Positions 1-12,892 of a DNA stretch of 64,000 nt are shown piece after piece. A model generated the notes under the pieces. The model had not been told where the DNA came from. It saw only the letters and a program-made list of their open reading frames with translations, and did no database searches. The DNA is taken from positions 64,670,579 to 64,734,578 of the forward strand of contig NC_068984.1 in the NCBI RefSeq assembly GCF_001194135.2, in the 5' to 3' direction. The DNA is from Octopus bimaculoides (taxonomy: Eukaryota). The translations under genes and the position numbers were made by a program. Every line of letters starts with the position of its first letter. Position 1 is the first letter of the stretch.

Positions 1-190
1 AAGGTAGTGGATTGACAGAATCATTAAAGTGTTGGGAAAATGCCTTGCAATACTTGTTTCAGCTCTAAACATTCTAAGTTCAAATCATGCCAAATGTCAA
101 TTCTGTATTTCGTCCTTCTGGGGTCGATAGAGTTGACAAACACCTTCCCCAAAAATTTCTGGCCTTGTGTCTATATCAGAAACAAAACCA
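1..190 (+). mobile_element. SINE family C, degenerate copy
   Basis: Head (attgacagaatcatta...ctaagttcaaatc), core (cgtccttctggggtcgatag) and tail (ccccaaaaatttctggccttgtgtctata) align by eye with the copies at 14937-15155 and 62294-62360. Confidence 0.7.
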
Positions 191-852
191 GTCATCACCA
201 GCAACACCATCATCATCAATACCACAACCATCATAAGTAGTAGTAGTAGTAGTAGTAGTAGTGGTCATATTAGTGATTATGGTCATGATCACAGTGGTGT
301 TGCACTCGTTGGATGTAATGGTGTTGACCACTGTTGGATGTAGTGGTCAAAAGATTCAAACCTTCTTATCTAACTAAAGCCAGGGCTGTTGTTCCATGCA
401 TATGAATTCTACCAAATTTCCACTATATGCTTAAATAACATAAGATATATTAGTCCACAGCTCTACTGCATTGGCTGTCTTCCCTCACAAAAGCACCAGC
501 ACCACCGCTCCCACTACTACTGCTATTGCTACTACTATTACTACTACAACTACATGTCAATAGAGTTTGTTGGTGGAGGGCTTCCAAAAATTAAATTAGA
601 GTTCATGATATAGAAAAGTCTTTTAGCAAATATCACGAACTATAATGTGGTATTTGGATCAACTCCATAACTGAAGGTCTACTAACATAGTTAGAGACTT
701 CTCTGATGTCACGAAATACCTACAACAGTCAGTTCACTGCCACTAACAATCATCAACAACAGAAACAGCAGTAGCAGCAGCTTCTATCTTTACTGTTTGT
801 TATCTCATTGTCTACTACTGTTTTGTGTCTGTGTGTGTATGGGTATGTCTAT

Positions 853-885
<33 letters not shown>

Positions 886-2592
886 ATATGCATGTATGCT
901 CATAAAAAAATGTATATAAAGAAATTATTGTTTTTTTGCACGTACCGTCAATAAAGCACATGCATTCATTGATTAGTTTATATATCTACATACATGTGCA
1001 AATGCATATATATATCAATACGGATGCAAATGCAGAAAAGCTGCAGTAGTGGTAGAATTCAATTATATAACACAGATGTCATTTCTCTAAATGTAAGATC
1101 TTAACTGACAGGAAAATGACTAGGATGTTATGACGTTCATGCCTTTCCCATGAATGTTAGCAACTTAAATGACATGAACTATCCTTAGCTGAGGATTTAC
1201 ACTGTCAGGTACTTCTTTCACAGAAAATTATCCAATGAAAATAGTTGAAATTCTTACATAAACTAATAAAAACTGAAAGTGCTGTTCCAGCAGGTCTTAG
1301 CCCTGATGGCTAAAACTAACTGAAGAACTATATTGATACACATTAGTAAACACCTCAGTTCAAGTGAAAAAATACCATAGCACACTAATATGGTATGTGA
1401 ACTATTATACTAAAGAAACAGTCTTTGACTTTAGGCTACAACTATAGCATATTGAATTTTATTACACTTGCCATATTATACACCACTACCACAACCTCCC
1501 ACCACCACCATCTTCTTCATTCAACGTTGCAAACCACAAAAAAATTAGTTACCACGGTTTTTGTCACGTTTTATTGCTTGAGTGTTGTTAGTGCTGGTGC
1601 TTCAGAAACTACTGAAGCTAACAAGTTCAAATATTTATCATTATTACCATGCCGAACATTTTCTTTCTTTTTTCTCTCTCATTATTATTATTATTTTTTT
1701 TCTTTTTAGTTTTCTGCTTTCAAAGGGTTTCTTTTCATTTTTTTGTTGTTGTGTATTTTTTTTAGTAACTTATTTGATTATTAAGTATATGGTTCTTTAC
1801 CACATGCTATATACAGACAATATGGCCAAAAGGAAAATGTTTCAGACAAGAATTCTGCATACTGGTGAAAGTAACTTTCATGGTTGTTTCTTTTTGTCAG
1901 CTGGCTTTGACAACAAAATCTATTCCAATTTGCATTGTCTTTATTGTGCAGAAATTTTGATCAACTAATCTTATTGGAATTATCCCCCTTGTCTGTTGAT
2001 TTTAGATTTAAACACAGCTTGAGGAAAATTTTTGTCTACTCATCTTAATTCATCAAAGTCAACACACTTATAAAATAAAATATGAGTGACCCTACTGCTT
2101 CTTTTATTTAAAATGCAGAACATTTCCCCAAACTATTTTCCCTCAGCTATATTGCTGTAATTCATAATCATGTATTGAGCACTGTAAGTCTTGACAACTT
2201 AGTAAAATGCAATTAACTGAGGAGGCCTATTAAAACTGAAACAGCTGCATTCACCAAATAGTTTTAAAGACCAGATTAACACTAATCTGCACTATTTATA
2301 TTTCATTTCATTCAACTAAATTCATTACAATTATGTCCTTTGCATGTTGTTTTTATTAGATTTTGAATACCTCTAAGGGAAGTTTTTTCTACTAATTAGT
2401 TGGATAATCCCAGTTAACCCAAATTTTTATGTCATTTGCCAGGTTACACAGACAATAGAATGGAAGGGTGAACAGAGGGTAAAATGTGAACATTAGCAAC
2501 ATAATTTCTTTTGGATATATTAGTAGCTATAGCAGTTAATATTACTTGGTAATAATAACTAAAACTAAATAGTAGTTACAGTAGTTAAAATA

Positions 2593-2960
2593 TCATATAT
2601 AAAATGTCATGTAGTCTGAAATATAGACTATATGATAAAAAAAAACTCTTTTCATTTCTTTCAACATCTTTTTTGTTAATAATGAGTCAAATATGTTTTT
2701 GACAATGTAATGGAAGGGAGAAATTGCATGTTGATCAAAGACAATGATTGAGTTTCTCCTTAGTTGGTCAAAAATTGTAAGGCTTAGCATTTGTAGCAAA
2801 TTTGAAGGCTTTAGCTGTGTGATATCTGTGAATAAGGAGCATGTAGCAGAGCAATGTGGATACTTTGATATGAGTAGTAATTGAGATTTATGAGAGATGA
2901 ATGAGATTAGATCATCATATTCTCTTTCATTTTCATTAAGGGGCATATGGTTAAGGTCTT
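2593..2960 (-). other. Unexplained open reading frame of about 120 codons (candidate host exon or LINE ORF2 C-terminal remnant)
   Basis: Stop-free frame in complex, non-microsatellite AT-rich DNA (MPLNENEREYDDLISFISH...LRRNSIIVFDQ...). A possible acceptor (gcttctctag) lies just upstream; no convincing donor and no recognised domain. Confidence 0.25.
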
Positions 2961-3111
2961 CTAGAGAAGCACAGCAACAAGGTGTTTAGGATATGAATGG
3001 ATGATACATATATCTTTAAAATAAGAGGCTATAAAATAAACCCCACAAAGATGTTATGTTTATGTACCATTAATATAAATTAAAAAAGAAAACACTGTCA
3101 AGATACATATT

Positions 3112-3283
3112 AGGTGCAGGAGTGGCTGTATGGTAAGTAGCTTGCTTACCAACCACATGGTTCCAGGTTCATTCCCACTGTGTGGCACCTTTGGCAAGTG
3201 TCTTCTACTATAGCCTCGGGCCAACCAAATCCTTATGAGTGGATTTGGTAGACGGAAACTGAAAGAAGCCTGTCGTATATATG

Positions 3284-3314
<31 letters not shown>

Positions 3315-3540
3315 ATATGTTTGTGTGTCTGTGTTTGTCCCCCCCCACCCTCAACATCGCTTGACAACCGATGCTGGTGTGTTTACGTACCCCGTAACTT
3401 AGCAGTTTGGCAAAAGAGGCCGATAGAATAAGTATTAGGCTTACAAAGAATAAGTGCTGGGGTCGATTTGCTCGACTAAAGGTGGTGCTCCAGCATGGCC
3501 GCAGTCAAATGACTGAAACAAGTAAAAGAGTAAAAGAGTA
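3112..3540 (+). mobile_element. SINE family A, full length (tRNA head, Deu/Nin-like central domain, internal microsatellite, stem-loop tail)
   Basis: A-box-like TGGCTGTATGG, B-box-like GGTTCATTCCC, central ccaaatccttatgagtggatttggtagacggaaactg, (TA)n(TG)n linker, tail cagtc-aaat-gactg-aaacaagtaaaaga. More than 10 similar copies lie in this window. Confidence 0.9.
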
Positions 3541-3751
3541 TTAAGCTTAACCCTCCACATCAAACTTAAACGAATGCTGACTATGTTCTTAAGCCATATT
3601 TAAAGAATGTAAAGTCAGAAGTAGATGTATACGTTTAAGCAACTTGCTTTGCAGTATTTCCTGACTGTATCCTTGACTCTGATAATGGGAAATAGTCTAC
3701 TGCCTCCACATCTAAATCCCTTCATCTCACTTCTCTTCCTCTCCTTCTCTC

Positions 3752-3965
3752 TCACATGAAGGATAACAGATGGGTAAAGAAGCATGAGGATATCCAAAAT
3801 GAATGAAACTGTGGAAGAGGGAAATCAAGGAAGACATGGGAAGAAATAGTTAAAAGTAATTCCAGAAAGTTGAACCTCACACAAAAGATCTAATAAACGG
3901 AGAGATGCTGTGTAGAAGACCTGTTCAAATCATGCAAGCGTGGAAAAGTAAATGGAAAATGATCG
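3752..3965 (+). mobile_element. RTE-clade LINE 3' end fragment
   Basis: Translates as HMKDNRWVKK...CGRGKSRKTWEEIVK...KLNL, like the RTE ORF2 C-terminal GRGRPRKTW motif. The 3' end (gacctgttcaaatcatgcaagcgtggaaaa) resembles 5850-5890. Confidence 0.7.
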
Positions 3966-4139
3966 TTATTTTTTTATGTATGTTTGCATGCGTTCATGTA
4001 TGCGTACATAGGTTTCTGACTATGTCTTGCTATACCAGTATATATTAACTATATCTCTATACTTTCTACTATACCAACATTCATAAAATGTTTTTACATA
4101 TATACCCCTACATACATGCATCCAAACATGACTATTTAT

Positions 4140-4470
4140 GTACACACATAGATAGGAGTATGTATATAAAAACATTTACATACACACACACATATAAATA
4201 TATGCATATACATAGATATACATATACATATTTATACATATATATATATATATATATTATAAACATATACATACACACACACACACACACATATATATAT
4301 ACACATACATACATATACACACACACACATATATATGCACACATATATATAGAGAGAGATACACATATATATATACATACACATGTACAAACACACACAT
4401 ATATATACGTACATATGCATGTATGTATACATGATGTATTGTATATACATGTGCGTATGTGTGTGTAGTT
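4140..4470. repeat. Low-complexity TA/CA compound microsatellite
   Basis: Mixed (TA)n, (CA)n and (TACA)n runs; the source of several spurious ORFs. Confidence 0.95.
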
Positions 4471-5150
4471 AAACCACAAGATTTTGTAAGGATATTCAAG
4501 TGGTGCACATCGCCAATGACCAGCCGCTGGCTATTTGGGATCATCTCCATTCTATGATGTAATTACACTTTCAATCTTGTTGAAAATAAAGATTTTCTTC
4601 TTTGCTTGATTCTCTGCTGAACAAGTAGACATGCAAACATAACTGAAATACTGGCATCAGCTTTCTAATTTAGTCTTCCTGAAGGCAATGATAGCCATGG
4701 CACTGTAGGACGGTCATCGGAAGATACGTGATTAAATGCCTGTTGGAAGTTATTGCATTATTTCTCAAAATTCTAATGCTTATGCATGCACACACACACA
4801 AAGATGTGAATGCATGTACATGTGCATATTTACATACACATATAGAGAATAAATATTTATCACATGCAGAACTTCAATTGTTTAGCGTTTATTGATCATA
4901 GATCTCCATTAGTAGTATATTAGCCCTATTGTCTTCATGTAGCAAGCAAACGAGAATGAGGAAGTTCGTGCCTTTTCCAGGAACATTAATAGAATAATTA
5001 AAAGACCAACATATACAGTCTGAGTTCACCAAGATCTAAACTCCCACGCTACATCACGCAGTTACTATGCATACTAAACGTATATATATGTGCATGTGTA
5101 TATGTGCTTATGTTTGTGTGCATGTATGCTTGTGTACATATGTGTGTGTG

Positions 5151-5193
<43 letters not shown>

Positions 5194-5619
5194 GCACACA
5201 CATTATTCACACATACACATGTGTGTGTGTGTGAATATCAAGCTCCTAGTTTTTAGGCTATTAGAGTATTTTTCTTGCATAGTACATATTATGCAGAAGT
5301 TGTCCATGTATAGCAGATTTCTTCCATGCCAAGTAGTAACTGCAAGCGGTATAATAACAGAGTTATGATCTCACTACTAATAACACAGAACAGCCAAGAG
5401 CTGTATTTAAAAGACTGACCTATGCACAAAACTGTTTCTTCCAACTATAAAACTGAATTAGCAATATTAACACAGAGGCTGTGTCTGGGTGAATATTGAT
5501 ATAAAAATTCAAACTTCCTACTGCACTTCTCATGTCACATCTTTGCATTTATATCAGATTATATTAGCTCTACTACAGAACATTCAGCACCGCAGTTATA
5601 TTATAAATGTATATATAAA

Positions 5620-5910
5620 TGGGCCACATGGAGGCAATGACAAATGACCGAGACCTTTGGCAATATGCCGTGCTTGAGAAGAAGACACATCAAGCCAAGT
5701 GTACTCATAGTTGTGGCAGATACTGTTGTCATGTAACTGACACGTAAAAGCACCCATTACACTCTCGGAGTGGTTGGCATCCAGCTGTAGAAACCATGCA
5801 AAATCAGACTGGAGTCTGGATCAGGCCCTCAACTTACCAGCTCTGGTCAAACCGTCCAACCCATGCCAGCATGGATAAGAGACGTTAAATAATGATGATG
5901 ATGATGATGT
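5620..5910 (+). mobile_element. RTE-clade LINE 3' end with (GAT)n tail
   Basis: ORF end MEAMTNDRDLWQYAVLEKKTHQAK matches the RTE C-terminal DRxxWR-type motif; the 3' UTR ends ccgtccaacccatgccagcatgga...gacgttaaat(aatgat)n. Confidence 0.8.
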
Positions 5911-6620
5911 ATAGTAAGAGATGAATTTTTACACACACACACACATATTTATTTCACTAACAAGAAAAAGACTTATAATGGCATTGCAGATTAGTACTGG
6001 CTTGCCATCATGTATCTACGTGCGTATTCGTACACATACATGTAGAAGGCTAAATATATATGTGCATGTGTGTACGTGTGAATTCTTTTTGGAATATTCA
6101 TGAAATGACTGCCCCAAATACCGAGATAAAAAGAAAATTTATGAAGCAATTCTCATCTATTAAACCTGTGAGATATATATGACACATATTCATATGTATG
6201 ATTATATGTGCATGTACATATGTATGGATGTATATATCCATGCATATTAAAACACACACACACACACACACATGCATAAATAACAACAAGAGTATATTTG
6301 ATCGATATTCTGTTCATTTTGAATGGAATGAATCCAACCTATAAGCATTCTTACTTCAGCGTATACTGATTAAAAACCCAAGAATCAAGAATTAAGAAAC
6401 ATCTTTTCTACTTGCATCTAGAATAAAAGACTATCTCCATTAACAAAGCAGAACTAGTGATGGAAAGAGAAAGGGAGAAAGCGAAAGAAATCAAGTATAA
6501 TGAAGCGCAGAATAGAAGAAAAAATAGGTGCCTATGGCAGGGAATGGGAGGATAAATTACCCCTTTTGTCTGACTTATTAATTAGGTACAGATTATGTTG
6601 CTTGCAAAAATCAACCCACT

Positions 6621-6659
<39 letters not shown>

Positions 6660-6662
<3 letters not shown>

Positions 6663-6816
6663 GGCCAGCCTTGTCACACTGTGTCACGCTGAATATCCCC
6701 GAGAACTACATTAAGGGTACACGTGTCTGTGGAGTGCTCAGCCACTTGCACGTTAATTTCATGAGCAGGCTGTTCCGTTGATCAGATCAACTGGAACCCT
6801 CGGCGTCGTAAGCGAC
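6660..6816 (+). mobile_element. SINE family B, 3' portion, cut by an assembly gap
   Basis: Reverse complement closely matches 10890-11055 and 47930-48100 (e.g. aagggtacacgtgtctgtggagtgctcagccacttgcacgttaattt). Confidence 0.9.
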
Positions 6817-7540
6817 NNNNNNNNNNNNNNNNNNNNNNNNNNNNNNNNNNNNNNNNNNNNNNNNNNNNNNNNNNNNNNNNNNNNNNNNNNNNNNNNNNNN
6901 NNNNNNNNNNNNNNNNNNNNNNNNNNNNNNNNNNNNNNNNNNNNNNNNNNNNNNNNNNNNNNNNNNNNNNNNNNNNNNNNNNNNNNNNNNNNNNNNNNNN
7001 NNNNNNNNNNNNNNNNNNNNNNNNNNNNNNNNNNNNNNNNNNNNNNNNNNNNNNNNNNNNNNNNNNNNNNNNNNNNNNNNNNNNNNNNNNNNNNNNNNNN
7101 NNNNNNNNNNNNNNNNNNNNNNNNNNNNNNNNNNNNNNNNNNNNNNNNNNNNNNNNNNNNNNNNNNNNNNNNNNNNNNNNNNNNNNNNNNNNNNNNNNNN
7201 NNNNNNNNNNNNNNNNNNNNNNNNNNNNNNNNNNNNNNNNNNNNNNNNNNNNNNNNNNNNNNNNNNNNNNNNNNNNNNNNNNNNNNNNNNNNNNNNNNNN
7301 NNNNNNNNNNNNNNNNNNNNNNNNNNNNNNNNNNNNNNNNNNNNNNNNNNNNNNNNNNNNNNNNNNNNNNNNNNNNNNNNNNNNNNNNNNNNNNNNNNNN
7401 NNNNNNNNNNNNNNNNNNNNNNNNNNNNNNNNNNNNNNNNNNNNNNNNNNNNNNNNNNNNNNNNNNNNNNNNNNNNNNNNNNNNNNNNNNNNNNNNNNNN
7501 NNNNNNNNNNNNNNNNNNNNNNNNNNNNNNNNNNNNNNNN

Positions 7541-7587
<47 letters not shown>

Positions 7588-7931
7588 CCACTCCTACTTG
7601 TTTAGACCAACTACAGGTGGTGTAACGTAGCCTACATCTGTCGGTGAACGTATTTGCAGAAAAATCTATTCGTTGATAGATTTGTGAGACTTTGAGGAGA
7701 AAAATTAAGGATATCGGGTTTTCTTAAATAGTTAATGAATTAAGTAATAAAAGTACAAAAGTAAATAAAAGTACGAGTACAATCTGGGAGGGTAAATATC
7801 AAAAGAAATGTGGAACAAGTTGTTGAGGGAAATAGGATCTTAGAATGGATGAAATAATAAACACGTAACAGAGCTTATCTTGAAATAATTTTCTTTGGTA
7901 AATATGCCATGTGCCTATGCATGTGTATCTT

Positions 7932-8450
7932 TTATCTTTTACTTGTTCCAGTCATTGGACTGTGACCATGCTGGGGCACCACTTTGAAGGGGCGTAATCA
8001 AATAAACCAAGCCCTGTACTTATTGTTATTAATATTTTATGGCCTTGCTAAGCTACGGAGACATAAACCAACACAGGTTGTGAAACAACGGTGATGGAAC
8101 AAATACACACACACACACACTTACATTAGTTTTAGCAGAAAGATTTGGAAGAATTAGAAGAAAGTTTTTCAGTAATTTTCTTTCATGTAAATAAACGTTC
8201 ATGTTAATTTAAGAATTTGCCAGCAAAATCTTATAAAATGACAATGTTCTAAAAGATGTACGTGTTTATATGTTCTAAAAGATGTACGTGTTTTTATGTT
8301 TTGTATGAAAATAAAAGTGTTTACAGGCTTGTACAGAGTTTCCATCTACTAAATTCATTCACAAAATATTGGTCAGCCTGGGGGCGGGGGACATTCCCAT
8401 GCAATAGGACTAAACTCGAAACCATATGGTTGCAAAGTGAGATTCTTAAT
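7932..8450 (-). mobile_element. SINE family A, old degenerate copy in two pieces (tail 7932-8120, head 8340-8450)
   Basis: Tail motif tttacttgttccagtcattggactgtgaccatgctggggcacc; head remnant ttccatctactaaattcattcacaa...gaaaccatatggttg. Confidence 0.65.
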
Positions 8451-8830
8451 CGTGGATGCTGGTAAAATTTGAAAACCAAAAGTGGATCAAGTGTGAGGGG
8501 CCAGTACTTCTGTTTCAATTCTCAACGTGTGTATGTGTATAGGATAACGTCTTTTGAATGCGTTACTAGTTAAAATGGGAAACGTATATTGTCTTTTGTA
8601 TGCATCTTGGATGTTAAGAGTAATTTATAACGCTATTTCTTGGAATATTACACATGCAAACACACATACGTATATACATACGTACATATATATGTACCAG
8701 AATTATCTCGTCTGTATACTCTCTGTATTTGCCTTCCTTTCTTCTTCTATTTTTCTTTCTACTTCCTTCTTTTCCATTTCTTCATCTTCAAAGCTATCTC
8801 CCACTCCCTTTCCTTTTCACTCGCCTTCCA

Positions 8831-8861
<31 letters not shown>

Positions 8862-10461
8862 NNNNNNNNNNNNNNNNNNNNNNNNNNNNNNNNNNNNNNN
8901 NNNNNNNNNNNNNNNNNNNNNNNNNNNNNNNNNNNNNNNNNNNNNNNNNNNNNNNNNNNNNNNNNNNNNNNNNNNNNNNNNNNNNNNNNNNNNNNNNNNN
9001 NNNNNNNNNNNNNNNNNNNNNNNNNNNNNNNNTATTTCAGAGACTATAGGTGCTTGTATGTATGCGTATGTATGTATGCATGTATGTATGTATGTATGTG
9101 TCTAATGCTATGAGTGAAATGTGGAGAAAGACAGAAGGAATGAGGGTAGGAAGGTAGAAAAGGAGGGAGGAAGGAAGGAAAGAAGGAAGTAAATAAGATA
9201 CGAGAAGAAAGAAATGAAAAATATGAAAAACAAGATGAACAAGCACAAGCTGCATGATTCAATTCAAATTGGATCCATTGTGAAAAGTGTACAAGTGTTT
9301 GGTGAATTGAACGTGGAGAGACGTCTGAAAGTTTACATGTAAGCTGCTAACAAGTTCTCTTAGCTAAAAATAGTGAGACTTACAATAAAACCAAACGTTG
9401 ATATGTTGTTATTTTATACACAAACGTATACATACATGTGTGTTCGTGCGAGCCCGCCTATGATGAGCATCTATGTGTGTACGTAAGTACGTGTGAGTGT
9501 ATTATGTATGCATGTATACATACAAATATTCATACATGAATACGTGTGTGTATGTTTGTGTGTGTGCGTGCATCAACATTTTGGTTTAAAAGTATTGAAT
9601 GGCAGCAGCAAGTTACGGTTCCTTCCAATACAAGCAAAACATTTCAGCTTTGCTCATCGATACCGCTTAGACAAAATTAGATGGATGACTGCGTCAGACG
9701 CTCACAAGGGAATATAAGTGATGTATACTGCGTTAGGTTGACTGAAAGAACGAGCGAATATAGTGTGTGTGAGGAAGAGAGAGAGAGAGGGGGTGAGAAC
9801 GAGAGAGAAAGAGGAAGAAAACGAAGGATGAGGCGGGAGATAATGGTAAAGAAGACAGTCATAGAGTTGGTAGCGCAAGATATAACTAAAGGAGATTGAT
9901 GGATAACAGTGGTGTGGAAGGAAAACGAGAATGAACAGAGACAGAGACGAGACTGACAGAAAAAAAGAGACTAAGGAGGTGAGGGGGGGAAGGCCAGATC
10001 AGAAAGAGAAAGAACGGATTAGAGAGAGAGAGATAGACAGAGAGAACGAGAGGGAGGGAGGGAGAGAGAGAGAGAGCATGGAATGTGTAAAAAAAAAAAA
10101 AAGGAAAGAAATGATTTTAATCGTGGTGGTGATAAAATAAAATGTAGAATAAGCAGTAGAAGATTGGTGGGTTATAACTACAAGACAATATGGAAAGAAC
10201 GTAAGGAGAAAAAAATTAGTATTAACATGAGAGAAAGAGAGAGAGTGGGCATATGGAGTGATAAAAGTATATGAAGAAAACATAAATGATTGACTGGCAA
10301 GTAGATACAGCGGAAGAGACAGTTTATGCATACGTATATATTATATTATATAAGTGCCAAAGTACGAAACACTCGGCCCTTAAGCTGTCGTTCCTTTAAC
10401 GAAATATTAGTATTAAAAATATACATACTCGTATTTTGAGTTCTATTTTTCCTGTTTGCAT

Positions 10462-10853
10462 CACCAGCTGTCTGGTAAGAAGCGTGCTTCCCAACCACAT
10501 GGCTCCGGGTTCAGTTCCACTGCGTGGCATCTTGATCAAGTATCTTCTACTATGGCCACGTGCCGACCAAAGCTTTGTGAGTGGATGTGACAGACGGAAA
10601 CTGAAAGAAGCCTGTCGCTTATATATGTGTGTGTGTGTGTGCGTATTTGTGTCTGTGTCATCCTCAGCACTGCTTGACAACTGGTGTTGGTGTGTTTGCG
10701 TGCCCGTAACTTAGCGGTTCGGTAAAAGAACCGATAGAATAAGTACTAGGCTTTAAAAAAATAATTAATAAGTAGTGGGGTCGCTTCATTCGACTAAAAA
10801 CGTCAAGGTGGTGCCCCAGCAGGGCAGCACTCTAATGAATGAAACAAGTAAAA

Positions 10854-10856
<3 letters not shown>
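10462..10856 (+). mobile_element. SINE family A, near full length
   Basis: Colinear with 3112-3540 from head through central domain and TG linker to the gaaacaagtaaaaga tail. Confidence 0.9.
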
Positions 10857-10884
<28 letters not shown>

Positions 10885-10891
<7 letters not shown>

Positions 10892-11249
10892 GCACTCCGT
10901 CGCTTACGACGTCGAGGGTTCCAGTCGATCTGATCAACGGAACAGCCTGCTCGTGAAATTAACGTGCAAATGGCTGAGCACTCCACAGACACGTGTACCC
11001 TTAACTTAGTTCTCGGAGATATTCAGTGTGACACAATGTGACAAGGCTGACCCTTTGAATAACAGGCACAACAGAAACAGGAAGTAAGAGTGAGAGAATG
11101 TTGTGCTGAAAGAGTACAGCAGGGTTCGCCACCATCCCTTACCGAGCCTCGTGGAGCTATTAGGTGTTTTCACTCAATAAACACTCACAACGCCCGGTCT
11201 GGGAATCGAAACTGCGATCCTATGACCGCGAGTCCGCTGCGCCTCCACA
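10885..11249 (-). mobile_element. SINE family B with an internal A-box deletion
   Basis: Colinear with 47928-48302 but lacks the segment cccaaccactgggccattgc in the tRNA head. Confidence 0.9.
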
Positions 11250-11589
11250 TATATATATACATATATATATATACCACATCCCGAAACTTCGTAGAGCCTG
11301 ACAGTATTATTCATGGAAAAGAATATGTACTCTCCAAAAAGGATTAAGTAATCCTTTAAAAGCAAACATAGACACACGTGTGCGCGCGCAAATAGATAGT
11401 CAGTAGTTTATATACCCTAAAAAGAAGTATACTCTAAATGTAAAGCATTAGCGCATTAATAACCGGCTATAACTTTTAACTTCCTAAAAAAATAGATAAA
11501 CAAATAAATAGATAGATAGATAGATAGATATGCGTGCAGGCACACGTACATACACGCAAACAAACATACGTACGTACGCACGCACATGC

Positions 11590-11760
11590 AGCATAGTCAA
11601 ATGGTTAAGGAGTTTGATTTCACAACCACAAAATTACGGGTTCGAGTCTATTGTGAATGATAGCTTGAAATGTCATTTTTTAAACCCCGGGTTGTTCTAT
11701 ATTTTGTGGATGGAAGATTTTAGATGGAAAGTAAATAGAAGCCTTTCAAGTGGATTGCAC
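11590..11760 (+). mobile_element. Highly degenerate tRNA-headed SINE (A-like)
   Basis: A-box-like tagtcaaatggttaag, B-box gggttcgagtc, later gatggaaagtaaatagaagcc resembling the family A central domain end. Confidence 0.45.
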
Positions 11761-12233
11761 CTTGTGTCTGAAATTCATCCTCGTCACACACTCTCACGGT
11801 GATTTTGCCTGAAAATAATATTCAGAGTATGTACACACAGGTCTCCATACTGCTCCATTACGTACATGTTAGTTCAGCAGCAGAATTGGTCAAACAAAAG
11901 AATCCTCACCGACGAACCACACACACACACACACACACACAAACTCATGTTGCATCTGTCAAACCAAACTACGAGTCCCCTCAACAACCATCCCTTCCCC
12001 TTATACCATATAAATTTGTATGTATGTATATCATTATTCAGTTTTTTTTTTCAAGATTTCTTGCCAATACAGAAAGAGCCGGTTTCTAACCTAGATCCAA
12101 GACTCCTTCATTGGAATTTCAACAACATCAACAGGGTATTTTTGTATGTGTGTAAATGTGCAGATTTATATGTTTTGTTTTATGTATTCTCATGCATATA
12201 GCTGCATATCTAGACATGATAATATATACTTAA

Positions 12234-12475
12234 ACTAGAAAACGTCCCCTATCCATTGGATGGTTTGTATAGGTGAAGGGGATTAACTTGGACGGTGTCA
12301 TGCAAGTTTTAATCACCCGATGGACAGGCCATAAAGATTACAAAAATAACGATTCTCACTTTGAAACTGACAATTTTGAAAATCTTTTTAAAATTTCAGC
12401 ACGATCGGATGAACAATACTCGAGTTATAAGCGCACAAACAAACAGACAGACAGAACGAGATTTATATATTAGAT
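12234..12475 (+). mobile_element. Non-autonomous Helitron/Helentron-like (Lep1/HINE-type) element
   Basis: Starts ACTAG and ends aaatttcagcacgatcggatgaacaatactcgagttataagcgc-(ACAA/ACAG)n-ttatatattagat, the layout I recall for such elements. No coding part. Confidence 0.5.
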
Positions 12476-12892
12476 GATCAACTTATGGAAAGCTCTACAG
12501 ATTCGTACAATTCCACTGATGGCTTGGATCTGTAGTCTTCGAATCAGCTTTCTCCTTTCTGGTTTTGAGAAGCCTAATTTCTCAAGATTGGAATTTAGGC
12601 AGTGTATTACATATCCCAGTGCCCCAATAATTACAGGTATAAACCTGAACTTGTAATCTAGATAGAGTAGCTGTAGATTCCTCAATAGTTCAGTGTAGGT
12701 ATTTTCCTTTTCGCTGATCTTTAACTTTATGTTAACATCTGCTGGACAACTGATTTCCACAACTGTACAGTTTCTCTTCTTTATCAAAGGTCAGGTCTAT
12801 CATGTTTACATTTTACTGGGGTTCCACCAGAACTCCTTTTTATCATGAGTGGCTATGACTTCTGACATACTGTAGGTTCTTATTGTGTGTAT
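12470..12892 (-). mobile_element. 3' fragment of a non-LTR retrotransposon with a restriction-like endonuclease (R4/Dong/NeSL-type)
   Basis: ORF 12470-12787 plus upstream frameshifted codons give HDKKEFWWN...KHDRPDL...KRNCTVVEISCPADVNIKLKISEKENTYTELL...FIPVIIGALG, the RPD...E...K REL motif and the PxIIGALG motif of REL-type elements. Confidence 0.85.

Noticed and set aside
2593-2946. Resemblance of the ORF to the SDA1/SDAD1 N-terminus
   Set aside because: A few motif-like matches (LRRNSII, FFYHIV), but the spacing disagrees in three places with the SDA1 sequence as I recall it; likely chance.
9214-9345. Short ORF MKNMKNKMNKHKLHDSIQIGSIVKSVQVFGELNVERRLKVYM with a GTAAGC donor-like site
   Set aside because: About 42 codons, purine-rich upstream with no acceptor, and no recognised homology.
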